Assembly (NCBI GenBank): GCA_047495785.1
Contig: JBLDXI010000048.1
Coordinates: 248,001-312,000 of the forward strand
Direction of reading: 5' to 3'
Length of the DNA stretch: 64,000 nt
Origin: Lepidodermella squamata
Taxonomy: Eukaryota > Animalia > Gastrotricha
Notes under the pieces: generated by a model
The model's input: only the letters and a program-made list of their open reading frames with translations
What the model was told of the DNA's origin: nothing
Database searches by the model: none
Translations under genes and position numbers: made by a program
Shown: positions 1-13,239 of the stretch, one piece after another
Layout: each line of letters begins with the position of its first letter
Position numbering within the stretch: the stretch's first letter is position 1

Positions 1-806
1 CGCAGTGTTCGATGGCCTGCCTCTAGGCATGATTAATGTAGAGACTAGTTTTGAATAACGGAAATAGAAAATACTGATGTTATGACCAAGCCCTATTATG
101 TGAAAAAAAATCCATCGACCTTTGGAACCTATTTAATTTATGGCGAAAACTTAGAGAAATATATCTTCCGATACATCCATAACTTGATTTTCAGCCCAAA
201 AAATAGGGAAAATGCGCAATTTCTCGCAGGATCTAATCATACAATTTGAGCGCGCGTTTCCGAAAATTGAATTTGTAGTCACCGAAAACCCGAAATTTCG
301 ATAATTTCCATTCACGATTTATTTCCTTACTACTACGACTTTTTTGCAGGCGGCTTCAGGTCCGGCGCGTGCCAAATAGCACCAACTCCCCCGAATATTT
401 TTTGAATTAGCGTCAAAAGCTCGTTATGAAATAAGCAGCCAGTGACAATGTCACATCGCCGTGCCTTCCATAATAAAATTAGTCGAATCGGAAAGGTCTT
501 CTCACAAACAACTTTCTTATTTTTCTCATACGCAGGCGAGGAAACATGAACAGCAAAAAGCATATGTATACATCGCCGTTCGCAAACTGATTTCTTTTTT
601 CCTTTTTCATGCGGTTAACCGTAACATTTTCAATACTTCCTTTTGATAAGAAGGAATTTAACATAGGAAAAACTTAAGTCGCACACCGGATTTCAAGCGT
701 TGCCATGGAAACATGGCTCCAAATAGTAAAGTTATTGAAATTCATGTCGAGCAAAAATTCAGCCCGACGATCATTCAGCAAATAACTCTGATCGGCCATA
801 TGGTTT

Positions 807-925
807 TATTGGCATTGGCTTTTCAAAAAAATGAGCTAAATAATGTCAACTGGACGTTCGTCCGTTATCGCCCGTAAACAACGGCGCACGCGTTGTTTTT
901 CTGACGACCTGCGCAGTTAAATTAA
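807..925 (+). promoter_or_regulatory. Conserved upstream non-coding block of mosaic gene copy 1 (candidate promoter/5' UTR)
   Basis: TGTCAACTGGACG(T/C)TCGTCCGTTATCG...GACCTGCGCAGTTAAATTAAA is shared with 15621-15740, just upstream of copy 2's ATG, while neighbouring introns are more diverged. Confidence 0.5.
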
Positions 926-994
926 ATATCATTCACAAATTTATATTTATTCATTTTTCATTGGTGTGTAGTTCGATTAAACTTGGACAAGGTT

Positions 995-3900
995 ATGAAC
1001 GCATTGTATCACTTGTCAATCAGCTGTGTCGCTTTTGGGCTGATCGGGCCAGTTCTTGGTATACCGAAGAATGCTGGGCTATGGCCGAATGCCACCGTGA
1101 AATACATCATTGATACGAAGTATTTGAGTGAGCTCAACTTAGGAAACTAATTAAAAGCATAGATTTCCTCTCATTTTTCTCTAAACCGATATTTTTAGAT
1201 AATACACTTCGGAATTTCCTAGTACCCAATTACTCATTATTTTTTTTGATATTTAATGTTTGCAGGTCCATCGAACGTCAGAAACATCGAAGCGGCGATG
1301 GCCATTTGGTCTCAATCTACGTGTATAACTTTCACTCCACTTCCAGACCCGTGGTCACCGGACTTTGATGAGACTACGCCGAACGTCTTGATATTCAGAA
1401 TAGGCCAAGAGTGAAATCTCAGACTTCTCCTCAATTTTAATTATTCACCTTGTACTTTTTAGTTGCTTCGCGAAAGTTGGCATGACTTCGCCGCCGAATA
1501 ATATCATTATGGGACGCTACTGCGCTGAGCACGTATGGCTTTGATATAAACAGCCTGATTTAATCTCTTAATCAATTTTTTAATTTCAGGTGCCACCAAT
1601 CGCCGCCGCAATAGGCCGAGCCTTGGGATTGGCAAGTTATTCTGCGATATTTAATCATTTTTACACTATATTCTATGTATTTCAGAACTATGAACATGTT
1701 CGGGCAGATCGAGACGCCTTTGTCACAGTTCAGAATGCAAACGTTCCAGCGTAAGGCTTTGATTCAATTTAAATATTTGCTCCAACAAACCCAAATGCAT
1801 AATGTAGGGATTCAGCATCGTTGTTCGCCATCGATAACAACGACGAAGACTACGGCACTTTCTACGACACCGAGTCGAGCACGCACCCGAGTTGGTTCTG
1901 GAAAAGCACGCCCGACAAACCGACGATTTTAACGCGTGATCCTCGTGAGCAGTACAATCTCGGCCAAAAGCAGTTCATATCATTCATCGACTTTCAAAAA
2001 ATTAATCTTCACTACAATTGCAAAGGTTAATTGCTAACTCATTTCACTGAAAATATCTTGAACCTTTTTTCTGAAATCCGCCAAATTTCGTCCCTATATT
2101 TGTTCCCGAATGGGTACCACTTGCGCTTTCCCACTTGCGCTACCTGCGCTTTCCCATTTGCGCTGCGATTAAACTAAACATGTGAGAATATCGCCAAATA
2201 CGCGCAATCAGCCAGGAATTATTTTAAAGTGATTAAATAATATAATAGAGCTCGAAATTTGGAACAAAACTGTCAACTTTTTACGATGTTTCAATAAAAA
2301 GTTTTCGAAGATGCAAGCGATGGAAAAATGAAAATTAAATTGGAATTTGTTTAATTTTCTCTTGCACATCAACTGCGGGGAAGCCATCGAGGCTCCTCAA
2401 ATAATCTTGTTGGCGTTGTTCTCGATCAGATTGTATATTATATGTATATTGTATTAGCAGTGCGTGATTGTATATTTTGGCGTAGAGTTTGACGTATTTT
2501 TCAAGATTTTTGAAGTTTTCATCGCGAATTATCTCTTTCATGATCAAGCACCTGACGCTATGGTGCCTTTTTCGACGCAATCTGTTCTATAGATTGTGCC
2601 AGCTCTCAATGCCTTTTTTGGATCGATCAGACAGGTCATCCATACTTCATCCGACAGGGGCTACCTCGGAGTACATGGGATCGCGAAACAAGTTTTAGTT
2701 CACTATAAAACTACCCGTTCACGATAAAAAGTTGACAATTCTGTTCCAAATGCTGTGTTCTATTATATTATTTAATCATTTTTATAATAATCCCTCATTA
2801 AATTAACGTTTTTGGCATTAATCTGAAATATTAACCGAAATCGCAGCGCAAGTGGGAACATACATTGTTCCCTAATTTGCGCTAATTTGCGCTGCTATTC
2901 ATAAAATCGATAAACAAAAGATTGTAGAGAGATTTTTTGGAATTTTTTCCCATGGAAAGCGTGATCTCTAAAAATATGCTGACCTGGTGAAAAACTATTT
3001 TGAAACAAGGCGCATCTCAAGGAGGCGAAATAAAAAAAATAGCTAGTTGTAGAGATCGATAATCGATAATCAGTGATTTCTTCGTGAATGAATGAGTATA
3101 AGGTGATTTTGACTTCAGATTTGAGTTCTACGAGTGCTATTTCGTCGCTGGCGCGGCTAAAAGTCGTCAGCGCCGTGCAGTAATGTAGCTTAACCATGCT
3201 ATACGCTATCTCCATCGACAATGGTGTTTAGCCTATATTCTCGAGCTGGGGGTACGGTATATGCACCCCTTTACTCCTGTACTTTGCACTCTGTTTTTTA
3301 AAATGCATACTTGCCCTAAATACCGAATTGGGATGGCCTTTGTTTTTTCAAAGACCATTCGCAGAAAAAGGAAGCGCTTGCATGGCTTAGATCGCTGCGA
3401 AAATGTGGTTTAAATAATCTGACCCTGCACTTTATTTCGGTCCTTCAGCATACAGTAATTTTTCTGGGAAAAACGCCAATAATTTCTCGTGCCTTTTCCA
3501 GCTCGGAAGTGTCCATCGCAAAATTTGGCATGTAAGAACAACGGGTACATGAACCCGAGTACGTGCAACTCGTGCTTGTGCCCGCCCGGATTTGCGGGTC
3601 AACTCTGCGAGCGTCTAGCTGATTCTACTTTACCTGACTGCGGAGGGTCGGTTGTTGTTAGTCCATGTGGTGTAGCCGCTATAGACTTTCCGAAGAAAAC
3701 ATACGATGGTGGCGAATGTTTTTGGAATGTCACGACCACCGGAGATGGCATGATATTCGCCCTCAGCAGCGCGCCGGATCTTGGCGGTGATGGTTTGAAA
3801 ACTGAAAAAACCCCAAAATATGTTGTCTATAACCGGTTCCTATTTTCAAGTGTACGGCTGTTGGAGTTACCTGGAGGTTAGATCCCAAAGCTTCGCCCGT

Positions 3901-6900
3901 CCAACTAACAAGTACGCCGTTAATTTATTTACAAATTTTCATGAAATTATGACATTTCAGGATCTGCATGAGCACCATAAAAGCTGGTCGCTTGTTCGAG
4001 ACTAACAACAAAATGGCGACCGTGCGGCTGTTCCACAACCCGCTGCTATACTCGGGCGCTGTAAATCCTGAAATCGGGTTCTCAATGACTATTTACGCGA
4101 CTTGTGGTGGCCAGAAAGCGACATCGCTTACCAAGCAATGCAAATTCACGAGTACTGGTTACGACTACGAGGGCTCCATGGCTAAGACGACAGATAATCA
4201 GCAGTGCTTGCCTTGGGCTAACACCCCTTCCAAAGACCCCCTTCTCTTTCCAAGGGGCGGTTTACAAGCTGCTGGTGCTGCTTGCCGCAACCCCTCTAGC
4301 AGCAAACGCCTTGGCTGCTACATCAGCAGTGAAATCATCGGCCGTTGCCAAGTACCAGAATGCAGTAAGATATAGTTATTTCTTATTTCGTCGTTGGTGC
4401 GGCTAAAACTCCTATCTCCAAAACAATTTATTTCCAGATAAATCGAAAAAAACAGCTTTATTTCCAACATTTTCACTAAAAAATGTCACTGATGTGAAAA
4501 ATAGGGGTAATCAAACCCGGCGCCGGCCATTTATAGCGGTGACGCATCGTTATTGCACAATAAGGACATTCGCTGCAGATAGGACTTATTTTGGTGGATT
4601 TTTCAATTTTTTGTTCGTGTTTTTTAAGGTTGTGGTTCGAGTCCTTGCGAAAGCATTCATTTTCGGCCGATTTTTGCCGACTCGAATACCGCACTGAGTC
4701 ATCGCCATTTTTTGTCTTGATAGAATAATTTTTGTGATGCACATAGCACTTTTTGTGCCATATTCGAACTCATGCTATGGAGATAGCACTTTTCTGATGG
4801 AAAAAGAATGACCTGGACAGAATCCACGAATGTGGAGATAGGAGTTTAGATCCCTGGCGAATTTTGAAATGGGGTTTTCATATTATTGACCAGCGTGAAA
4901 AACTGAGTCAGGAACCGGAAAAAACCCAATTTCGACTTTTGATGGAGAGAGGACTTTTAGCCCCACCAACGATGATTTCTAATGAAATACACCGAATTTT
5001 TGCAGCGCCATATACCCGATGCATTGATAAGACTACGGGGCAATTCACCGGCTGCGAACAATTGCCAGGCTGTAGCGATCCTTTAACAGAAGTCATATTT
5101 AGTTCAATATAAGTATGATCTTGTACTCATTCGGTTTCTTTTTCTGAAGTTGAAGCCCATAAATTTGTCTGCCCCGGTCAATTACTTCCAGACTTTGGAC
5201 GCGTGCATCAATGGTGTTAGTTTTTCTAAGTATTCATTGAATTCGAGTCTGTCATGTTGACTTTTTCAGTTTGCAGTTTGTTGCTTCAACAAGGACACAA
5301 ATGAATACAAGTTGACATCGGTTGATTACGGCTGCCCAACGGGTTATACCGCTGTATGGCTATTTCATATATCATAAAGCGATTCTCCCGATTGCCGATT
5401 GAGCTACCGTATCAACCAATTGGTCTAAGATGGCAGCATCGGTTAACGTGATACATCATTTCTATTGGCACTCCTAAACTTTGAACCCCATTATCTCTGC
5501 AACCCTGATGAATATCAACCTATTTTTTATACCGATCGACTTCTCGTTTATTGATCTTCAAAGTGGCATCAAAATTTCACGATGTCAAAATTTTCGCCAA
5601 TCCCCACTTTTCACTTATTTTCGGGCATATCGTATATAACGTGCAGTTATTTGGGGGTAAAATGGACCTGGGAAAAAATATGAGCCCCTGTTTTTTTCGC
5701 AATTTAACACCTCCCGAGTCAGATTTAATAAAAAGCTTGTTCAAAATATGATGCTTATCGCTCAATGAGTTATCGCAATCGGTAATAATTATTGCAACTT
5801 TTATCAAATTGCTCTAAAAACCTACCCAATGGCGATTTGCCTAATGGTGTAACTCAATGGGCTATTGGGAGGAATTGCTTAATGATATACGACAGCTATA
5901 TCATATTAATTATACACTACGTCGTATTTGACTTCACATTTCAAGGCTCTATGGTTCAAAGATTTCGCGAAGCTCGAAAACAACTACAACCCGGCCGTGG
6001 ACCTTTGCAAGGCTAACGTGAGTTACAATAAACGTATACCTGGGATTTTTCAGTTCTAATGCTCAAACCTTAATGAATAGCGTGCTCTCAGTAGCCATGC
6101 AAACCTTTATATCAGGCCTGGTTAGCCAAATTTGCGAAATTTGTATTTTTTCAACGCTCGAACCTAGCGAAGTTTCGGTTGTTCAGCTTTATAGAACTTT
6201 AAATGGATGGCCTCTGCGCATGTTTTTTATATCAAATTTCAGGTTGAACTGATTCGTTGTGTTGAGGTCGATGGAAGAAATCTCGTCTGCGCTCCAAAGA
6301 CACCTGGGTGCCCACCCGGCCTTGTAAGTAAATGATTTCCGTAAGTGAACCCCAAATTAATGTCAACTATCGAACATCAGAGAGAATTCGACAGCAATGT
6401 CTTCACTAGCATTGATGCATGTGCGGTTGGGGTAAGCTTATCATCGGAATCCACTATATTTTCCCCGTAAATTCTTTCTGCTTAACAGACTGTTCGATAT
6501 TGCGTTAAAAATGACGGCTCTGCGTTCCGATGTACTGCCGATGCGTGCGACTCTTCATCTGAGACGGAGGTTCGAAAATTCTCGCGATATTTGAGAAAAA
6601 ATCCTAAAATCCGTTTTGTAGATGGCAGTCCTAAGTCAATCATCAAGGTTTATAGCAGAGAACAATGAGAAATGCCTGAATTATGTAAGAATACAAAGCC
6701 AACGACTGCAAGCTAACGAACTGATGTTTTGCGCTTATTAGATCGGATACGTTCGATGTATTAGCCTGAGCGAAGCTGGAGCCGTGACCTGTTACTTGGC
6801 AAATGAAAACACCAGTTCTGCAATCTGATATCTTTTGCTCAACTAGTTTCAATGACTATGTTTTAGGGTGGTCCGGTTCGCTGAGTTATCTTATGCCGAG

Positions 6901-9900
6901 AAACCGTATTTTTCTCACGCAGTCTGATTGCCTCAATGCAACGAAGTCATATTTCCTGATAACTGCCACAGTCGGCAAGACTGGTAGTTATACCGATGCG
7001 AACCTTCAGTGCTTAGCCGCTAACGGGCAATTGGCGACTGTCAAAAGCTTGGAAGAACATGAAATGATGATGAAATTCATGGAGGCAAACAATGTAGAAT
7101 CTGGTTGGGTTGGGCTGAAACACAACGGCGCTCGTTTTGTCTGGATAGATGGCGTGCCGATGACTTTCAGCAAATGGCGAGATGGCAGTCCTTTGACGCC
7201 GTTTGGGAAATTAGGTTGCGGCGTTTACACCATTTCTGGTATGACAAATGCCGATTGCCTCTTCGCTTCCGCCAGCCGAGCTGCCATTTGCGAAACATTC
7301 GGAGACCAGGTGAGACAATAGATTTTACTGCCGTTTTCTCGAATTCAGATGTAAAAGAAAAACGTGTTGTATCGTGAAATATTGATTGTCATACTGAGCT
7401 GTGCTTTGGTTTAAAAATCTACACTCATTACTAGATACCTGAGCCTCTCGACACAGACGTCAAACATATTCGATGCATCGACAGCAAACATGGAGGCACG
7501 GTCACCTGCGTTCCTACAGATACAGGTATAAACGTATAACATTTTGCATTCGTTCTCGATTTATAATTGTTACGTATCTAACAGGATGTGGTAGTGGTTT
7601 CGCTGGTTTTTATAAAATGCCGAATCGTGAATTTGCATCAAAAGCTGATTGCGTCAATGCTGTGAAACGCTTCTATGCTGCTAACGATGATTTCGTTGCT
7701 ATCGAGTCACTTACGGATGGTTAAATAGCTTATTTTTTATCGAAATAAGTATCCCATGACAGACTTCATAAAATATCCCAATTTTACCAACGCCATAGTG
7801 CTGTCCTGAATATTGGGATTTAAGATTTAAGGCTTATTGTGATACCAAAGCTTAGCTACCGTACTGCCTAGAAAAAATTGCCAGCCTCGGATAAATGGCA
7901 GCTCAAATAAATGTCAGAGGTTTTAGGTCGTTCGTAAAAATAAATGTCAGGTCAGTGGCGGTGACAATACGAAAGATCGCTAATGAGGTCATTTTCAGCC
8001 ATTATGGTTGGAAGTAATTTCTACTATTGGCACTTAGAAAGGTCAGGGACCAATATTTAGGGTCAAAATACGTAGAATCGGACGGAAATGCATGCTATTT
8101 TGGTTACATAGGCATTTGCTTTTTGGCTCGGATAAATAAATTTCAGTCCCTTATAAATGTCAGGGGTTCATCAACGTTTGAAAAAAATAAATGTCATGGG
8201 TGTTTTTCCGGGCAGTACGGTACTTAGAACCTTTAAATCTCGAGTATAATTTTCACAGTTAGAAAACTTCAGGTCAGGGTTCCTCAAACTGGGGGTCGCG
8301 GACCCGTTTTTTATTATGTCCACGCACGTGTTCCCTAATAATTCTCTACTCCATTTTATGATATTGAGTTCATGAGCATACTAAATTTTGGTACAGCGAA
8401 ACAGCGGTGCAGATCCAGTGGTGGACAGGTGGCGACGATAAAAAGCGCAGCCGAGTTGGAACAAGTTAGAGCGGTTCTTTACGCGAACGGCCTGGTCGGC
8501 ACTGGTAGGTTCTCGGCTTGGGGCGGTATTATCCGTGATGATAACGGTGAAAGGTGGCATGACGGCTCATCAGTGGAAAATCTCCCTTCTGGCCTCCGGA
8601 TACCCGCAGGTAAGAAGATCAGTGAAACCGATTCCCAGTTGGCTACCAGCAGTAAAACTGATTCTCAGCGGGCTACTTAGTAGTCTATTAGGTTATAAGC
8701 TGGAACGGGCCTACCAGAGCAGGACTCGAAAGTGCTTTATTTAAAATAGAGACGTTAATAAAGACTCTTTAATCTCTAAACTCCAAGTTAAAAGCAGTCG
8801 AATTTCTGTTGTTACAACAGGCGTTTTCCAAATGTTTCCAAATGGCAAGTGCTCTGCATTCAATCACGTACTTGAAATCGATGACGTTCCAAGTGATTAC
8901 TATCTCGCCCCCATGGATTGTGAAGATTCCAACGGCTTCATTCGTTCCGTAATTTGTGAAACTTACGACCCTCCGGTGAGCCTGCTAACAGTGACGCAAT
9001 CGACGCATAATCTTGGGTTTATAGGTAACAGGTTTTGTACGATGCGTCAATTCGCGCTCTGGCTCGTGGAAGAGATGCGTCCCTGCAACTCAAGGTAACA
9101 TATTTCCGTCACGCGCACGGACTTCCTCAGTTTTCTGTTGATAGGCTGCGATAAAGCTTTCGAGAGGCAAATGCCTGTTGATGTCGGCTTCGCGACGCAG
9201 GCCGACTGCGAGTCCGCCGTCAAAGACTTCTACGTCGGTTCTCAATCGTTCCCAGTCAACACGTTTGAAAGCGCTTTTCAGCTGTGCTACGCCAAGGGCG
9301 GCCAGCCAGCTACTGTGGTGACTGCGAATGATCTGGCTGCGTTGAGGACTTTCGCGACTACGGTTATCCAACAACCGGAAGCCGGCTGGCTGGGCCTCGT
9401 CAACAACAATAGCATATATCAGTGGGTCGATGGTGCGCCTTTCCAAGGGGATTTCAGCATTTGGGGTTCCGGAGAGCCCAATGGTAAGATTTGTTCGAAA
9501 AAATTGCCAGAAATCAGTAGCGATTTTCCATTTTGTACTAATTAAATAAAATGTCTGTAGAACTCGGTTAAAAAATGAATACCTTATAGGAAGTCCTCCA
9601 GAAAATTGCGCCGGGCTGCAGACCTACGCCGGTACTTACTCCTTGAATGACGTTCCCTGCTCATTTCAAAACTTGTATTCGGCTGCGATCTGCGAGACAA
9701 TGAAATCGCCTTCCTCTTCTTCGTCTTCTTCGCCGTCTTCTCCGCCAAGCTCGCCGGCTAAGTACGGCGCGATTCGCTGCCTCGACAAATCAACCGGAAT
9801 CTCGCGGTGCGTGCCAGCAATTGACAGTAAGTTCTCTCGCGGTCAAATATTCCAATTATGAAACTGATTTCTTTTGTTAACTATAAGAGTGCTTGCCGAC

Positions 9901-11346
9901 AGAGGAGCAGTTTCCGAGGGCCCAAGCTTACTTGACAGTCGATCATTGCTTGAAAGCCGATCGAGTTTACGCAGCTCTCCGTGTTTCGAGCGTTCCGCGG
10001 CGTTTCAAAGACGCTGCAGCACTTTGCAATCTCGCTGGCGGCCAGTTGGCCTCTATTTACAATACGTTTGATTTGTACAGATTGCGCCGCGCTGCTCAAG
10101 GCATCGATTCTTTATGGATTGGCATGGCATCTGACAACAATTCAGAATACAGATGGCAATCTGGAGATCCAGCTGATCTCTTCGCTGGGTTGAACGCATC
10201 GCCCGTGAGGCCGCCTACAGGTTCGCATAATTACAAGCCTACCAAACTCAAATTAAATTAAAATAAATAAAAGCATCTCAGCTCATACGATAAATTATTC
10301 ACTTGAATTATTGCAGGTCCAACTTGCTCCATAATGCGCAGAACTGGTGTTTCTGGAAAGTGGCACACCGACCTCTACCTCGAGACAGCCGATTGCAACG
10401 ATGATAACACGGGTGTTGCCTGCGAAATTCTCCTGTATCAAAGGGTAAGTTTGATATATGCACATAACGGGCTGCTTTTCAATACAATTTCTGCCTGTTC
10501 TCAGTCTGGATATGCCAGGTGCCTGGGTAGAGAAAGAGTTTCTTGCCGTCCTTTGGGTAATTTCTTCTCGTCTTCTCTCTTTCCTTTCTAGCTAAGAATT
10601 ATCATGCTTCCCGCGCGAATTCAGCGAAATTTTCAAATGTGAGGCGACGTTACTACTGATGAGGTCACAAGGTTTCGCTTGCCAGGTTTCTCAAAATATA
10701 TGATCTCCGAAGTTGGTTCGGGAGCACGAATCGTCGATATTTCCGCTATCTGCGGGGAAATTGAATGTCAGATGGCTGACTCTTATAATAAGATTGAATA
10801 ATGACAATATGAATGGCGTATTTAAGAAATTGCATTTGCTATCATTTGTCATCAGGCTGTGGGTTTGGCGAAACTCAGATGCCATCGGACACGTTTTTTC
10901 CAGACAGGCCCAGCTGCGTGAAGGCGCAAAAGGTTTACTCTCTTATCAGACTGAATGAGACAGTCGGTTCGTTCGAGGAAGCCCGGCGGATGTGTGAGCA
11001 AAGTGGCGGCCAGTTGGCCACCGTCAAAACAGCAGTGGAGCAGAACCTGCTAAGGGGATTTCTCAACAGCGGCGCTCAACGAATTACGGCCATTGTTGGC
11101 CTGCGTATGCTTGACGATGGCACGAACCGCTACGGCTGGGTCGATGGGACGGATTTCGACCCGTTCGATCGGCAGTGGGGCGGGACGGATGACGCTGATG
11201 AGCCTCTGGATGTTGGCGCGTGCGGCGCTTACAGGTTCTACTCGGCCTTCAAAAAATACCCCCAGAACTATTATCTCGATAACATCAGCTGCGACTACCC
11301 TTTCAATGCCATTGCGTGCGAGACTTACAAAAAGACAACGTCTTAA
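995..11346 (+). CDS. Secreted mosaic protein, copy 1: inactive astacin-like + EGF + CUB-like + kringle + 4-Cys repeats + 5 C-type lectin domains (~30 exons, ~1,600 aa)
   Basis: ATG 995 with signal peptide, then WPNATVKYIID; EHVRADRD and LGQKQFISFIDFQKINLHYNC (astacin); CKNNGYMNPSTCNSCLCPPGFAGQLC (EGF); GYDYEG..CLPW..CRNP..CY (kringle); five GQ(L/V/P)A(T/S)-type C-type lectin domains; splice sites shared with copy 2; stop 11344-11346 followed by AATAAA. Confidence 0.85.
2108..2863. mobile_element. Non-autonomous Mutator-like (MULE) element in intron
   Basis: Long imperfect TIRs (CCCA(C/T)TTGCGCTGCGATT / AATCGCAGCGCAAGTGGG plus AT-rich inner arms); 9-bp flanks TTTGTTCCC / ATTGTTCCC; not seen in the copy 2 intron. 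Confidence 0.65.
4406..4847. mobile_element. MITE in intron
   Basis: 15-bp TIR AAACTCCTATCTCCA / TGGAGATAGGAGTTT; the matching copy 2 intron is only ~50 bp. Confidence 0.6.
7859..8220. mobile_element. Tc1/mariner (Tc2/pogo-like) MITE
   Basis: TIR CCGTACTGCC / GGCAGTACGG, TA duplication on both sides, internal AATAAATGTCA repeats; empty site with a single TA at 27735-27736 in copy 2. Confidence 0.85.
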
Positions 11347-13239
11347 AAGGACTAGGGATGGACTAAAATAGGCTGATTATATCTGAACTTTTTCGGAAAA
11401 AGTCTTATTTAATTGAACTAATTGGTCGACATTTATTTTGAAATAAAATTTCTCAGATGGAAATTATTTTTAAATTGCTACCTGGAGTTGGGGACAGATT
11501 GGAAACAAACAAAAAGCTTTCAAAATAAAAGCATTTTCCTAATCCTTGTTGAGATTCGTGCATGATTTGTCGTGATCTAAAAGTTACGGGGCGATAAAGA
11601 TAAACCTTGGGTTTCAGCATTTTATTCCTGCCTATCTAGTTTCACGGTCGGTGATTGCGTTGATAGGCAATTGTCCTTTGTTGCAAGGTCATTTCTTGCA
11701 TATAAATAGAAAATAATTGTTTAAAGGATCGCACGATTTGTTTCATCCCGGAGTCATAGCAACAATAAATTGACCAACGCGCACGGGTCAAAGATTAACT
11801 TAGCGACGCTGATCTGCTTGTGCGAGCCGCGACGAAACCAATATGTCAGGCTTCCAAAGCTTTTGCCACTCAACACTCCTCTGAAGCTATTGGCCGAATG
11901 AGTCTGAACGAGTCTAATGCCAAATGCCAGGCTGATGCCTGCAACCTCACGATTTTTGGATTTTTTCCAACGAAAAAGGGGTTTGTTTAACCCCCGTACT
12001 CGGGGCACCGCAGTATGATGCAAAGCTCTCACTGTCAATCCAGAGAGCGAAGTACCGCTAGTGATGGTAGGGATCATCCCTGTCAGTTCCATCTTTCTCT
12101 ACGGTGAGCTCAGTCAAAGACCAAAGGGAGACCATATTATGTCGATTTTTGTTATCCCCATCAATTCCGCGGTCCTACTTCGCTCTATGTCTCAACTCCA
12201 GCCTAACATCACACACGGCACTCAAAGCCAGGGTAGAACATGGCGATGAGTCATACAAGTGTATCCTGGACGTCGTTGTGATGGATGACCTTCCACAAGG
12301 TTTCGCCAGTGTTCCGACTCCGGGGGGAAGGGGGGAAATGCCCACCCCTAGCACAGGCGGCTGACGGTTGAGAGTGGTGAGCTTACCCCCCTGGAGGCGG
12401 AAAAATGGTTCAAGAAAGTGTTGAAAGTTGAAACCAATATGACTCAAAGATACTATATAGATTGGTATAACAACATGAAATAATTTACCTGTAAACGTGT
12501 AGTTAAACAAAGTCGTGCCCTTCCAGCATAAATCTACTAACACTGGAAGGGGGTAAAAAGTCTAAAATCGATCGATCAGCCAATAATCAATAAATCGATG
12601 TTCGAAAATCGATACAGGAAAAATTAATATCGAAAAATGGACTGCGCCATTGAATTCCTCGTAAAAAGTTACCCTAAAAACATGTATCGCGATCATAAAA
12701 ACACGAAATGAAAAAAACTAAATTTTCATGTGATTGAAATCGACCGTTTAAATTTTCACAAAAATTAATTTTTTTAAAAAAAAGTTGAAAAATGTGTTCT
12801 TTTTTGACGAAAACCCCCTTAGAAACCCAGGAGGGATAAATTTCAAACGCTGAATCCGTTTCTTTTTTCACAATTTTCGCAGTCATCATAGATCAGGAGA
12901 TAATTAGGGGGTGTAATACATTTATTGCTTTACTGTCACGTGGTCAATTTTTACGTTGGACAGGTCGTGTCACTTATAGTTCTATCCAGAATTTCACGCC
13001 GAATCCGAATCCGAAGTCATATTGGTGGTAGCACACACTGGTTTTGAGTTATCAATATAAATTGCTCGGTTACATTCCAGTGGCATCAGGGCTGTTTTAA
13101 CGCGTGGGCACACGGGCCGCTTGCATGAAAGGGGCATTCAGTTTGTCTAAAACAAATGTATTTTTGGGTTTTAAAAGGCTAACAGAAAAAGCAGGTACTG
13201 ATGCAAATGTATAAAGGTCGCCATCCACCAAAATAACCA

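Noticed and set aside
3135-3175. Minus-strand CTGACGA...GAAA
   Set aside because: The intervening sequence cannot form stem II and helices I/III are absent.
9090-9446. Antisense ORFs duplicated in both copies (also 29408-29764) and other short shadow ORFs
   Set aside because: Explained by overlap with real exons and near-identical duplication.
10654-10690. CTGATGAG possible hammerhead core
   Set aside because: No stem II closure or GAAA at the required position.
12541-13082. CACTGGAA/TTCCAGTG possible Transib/CACTA element
   Set aside because: Only an 8-bp match and no TSD.
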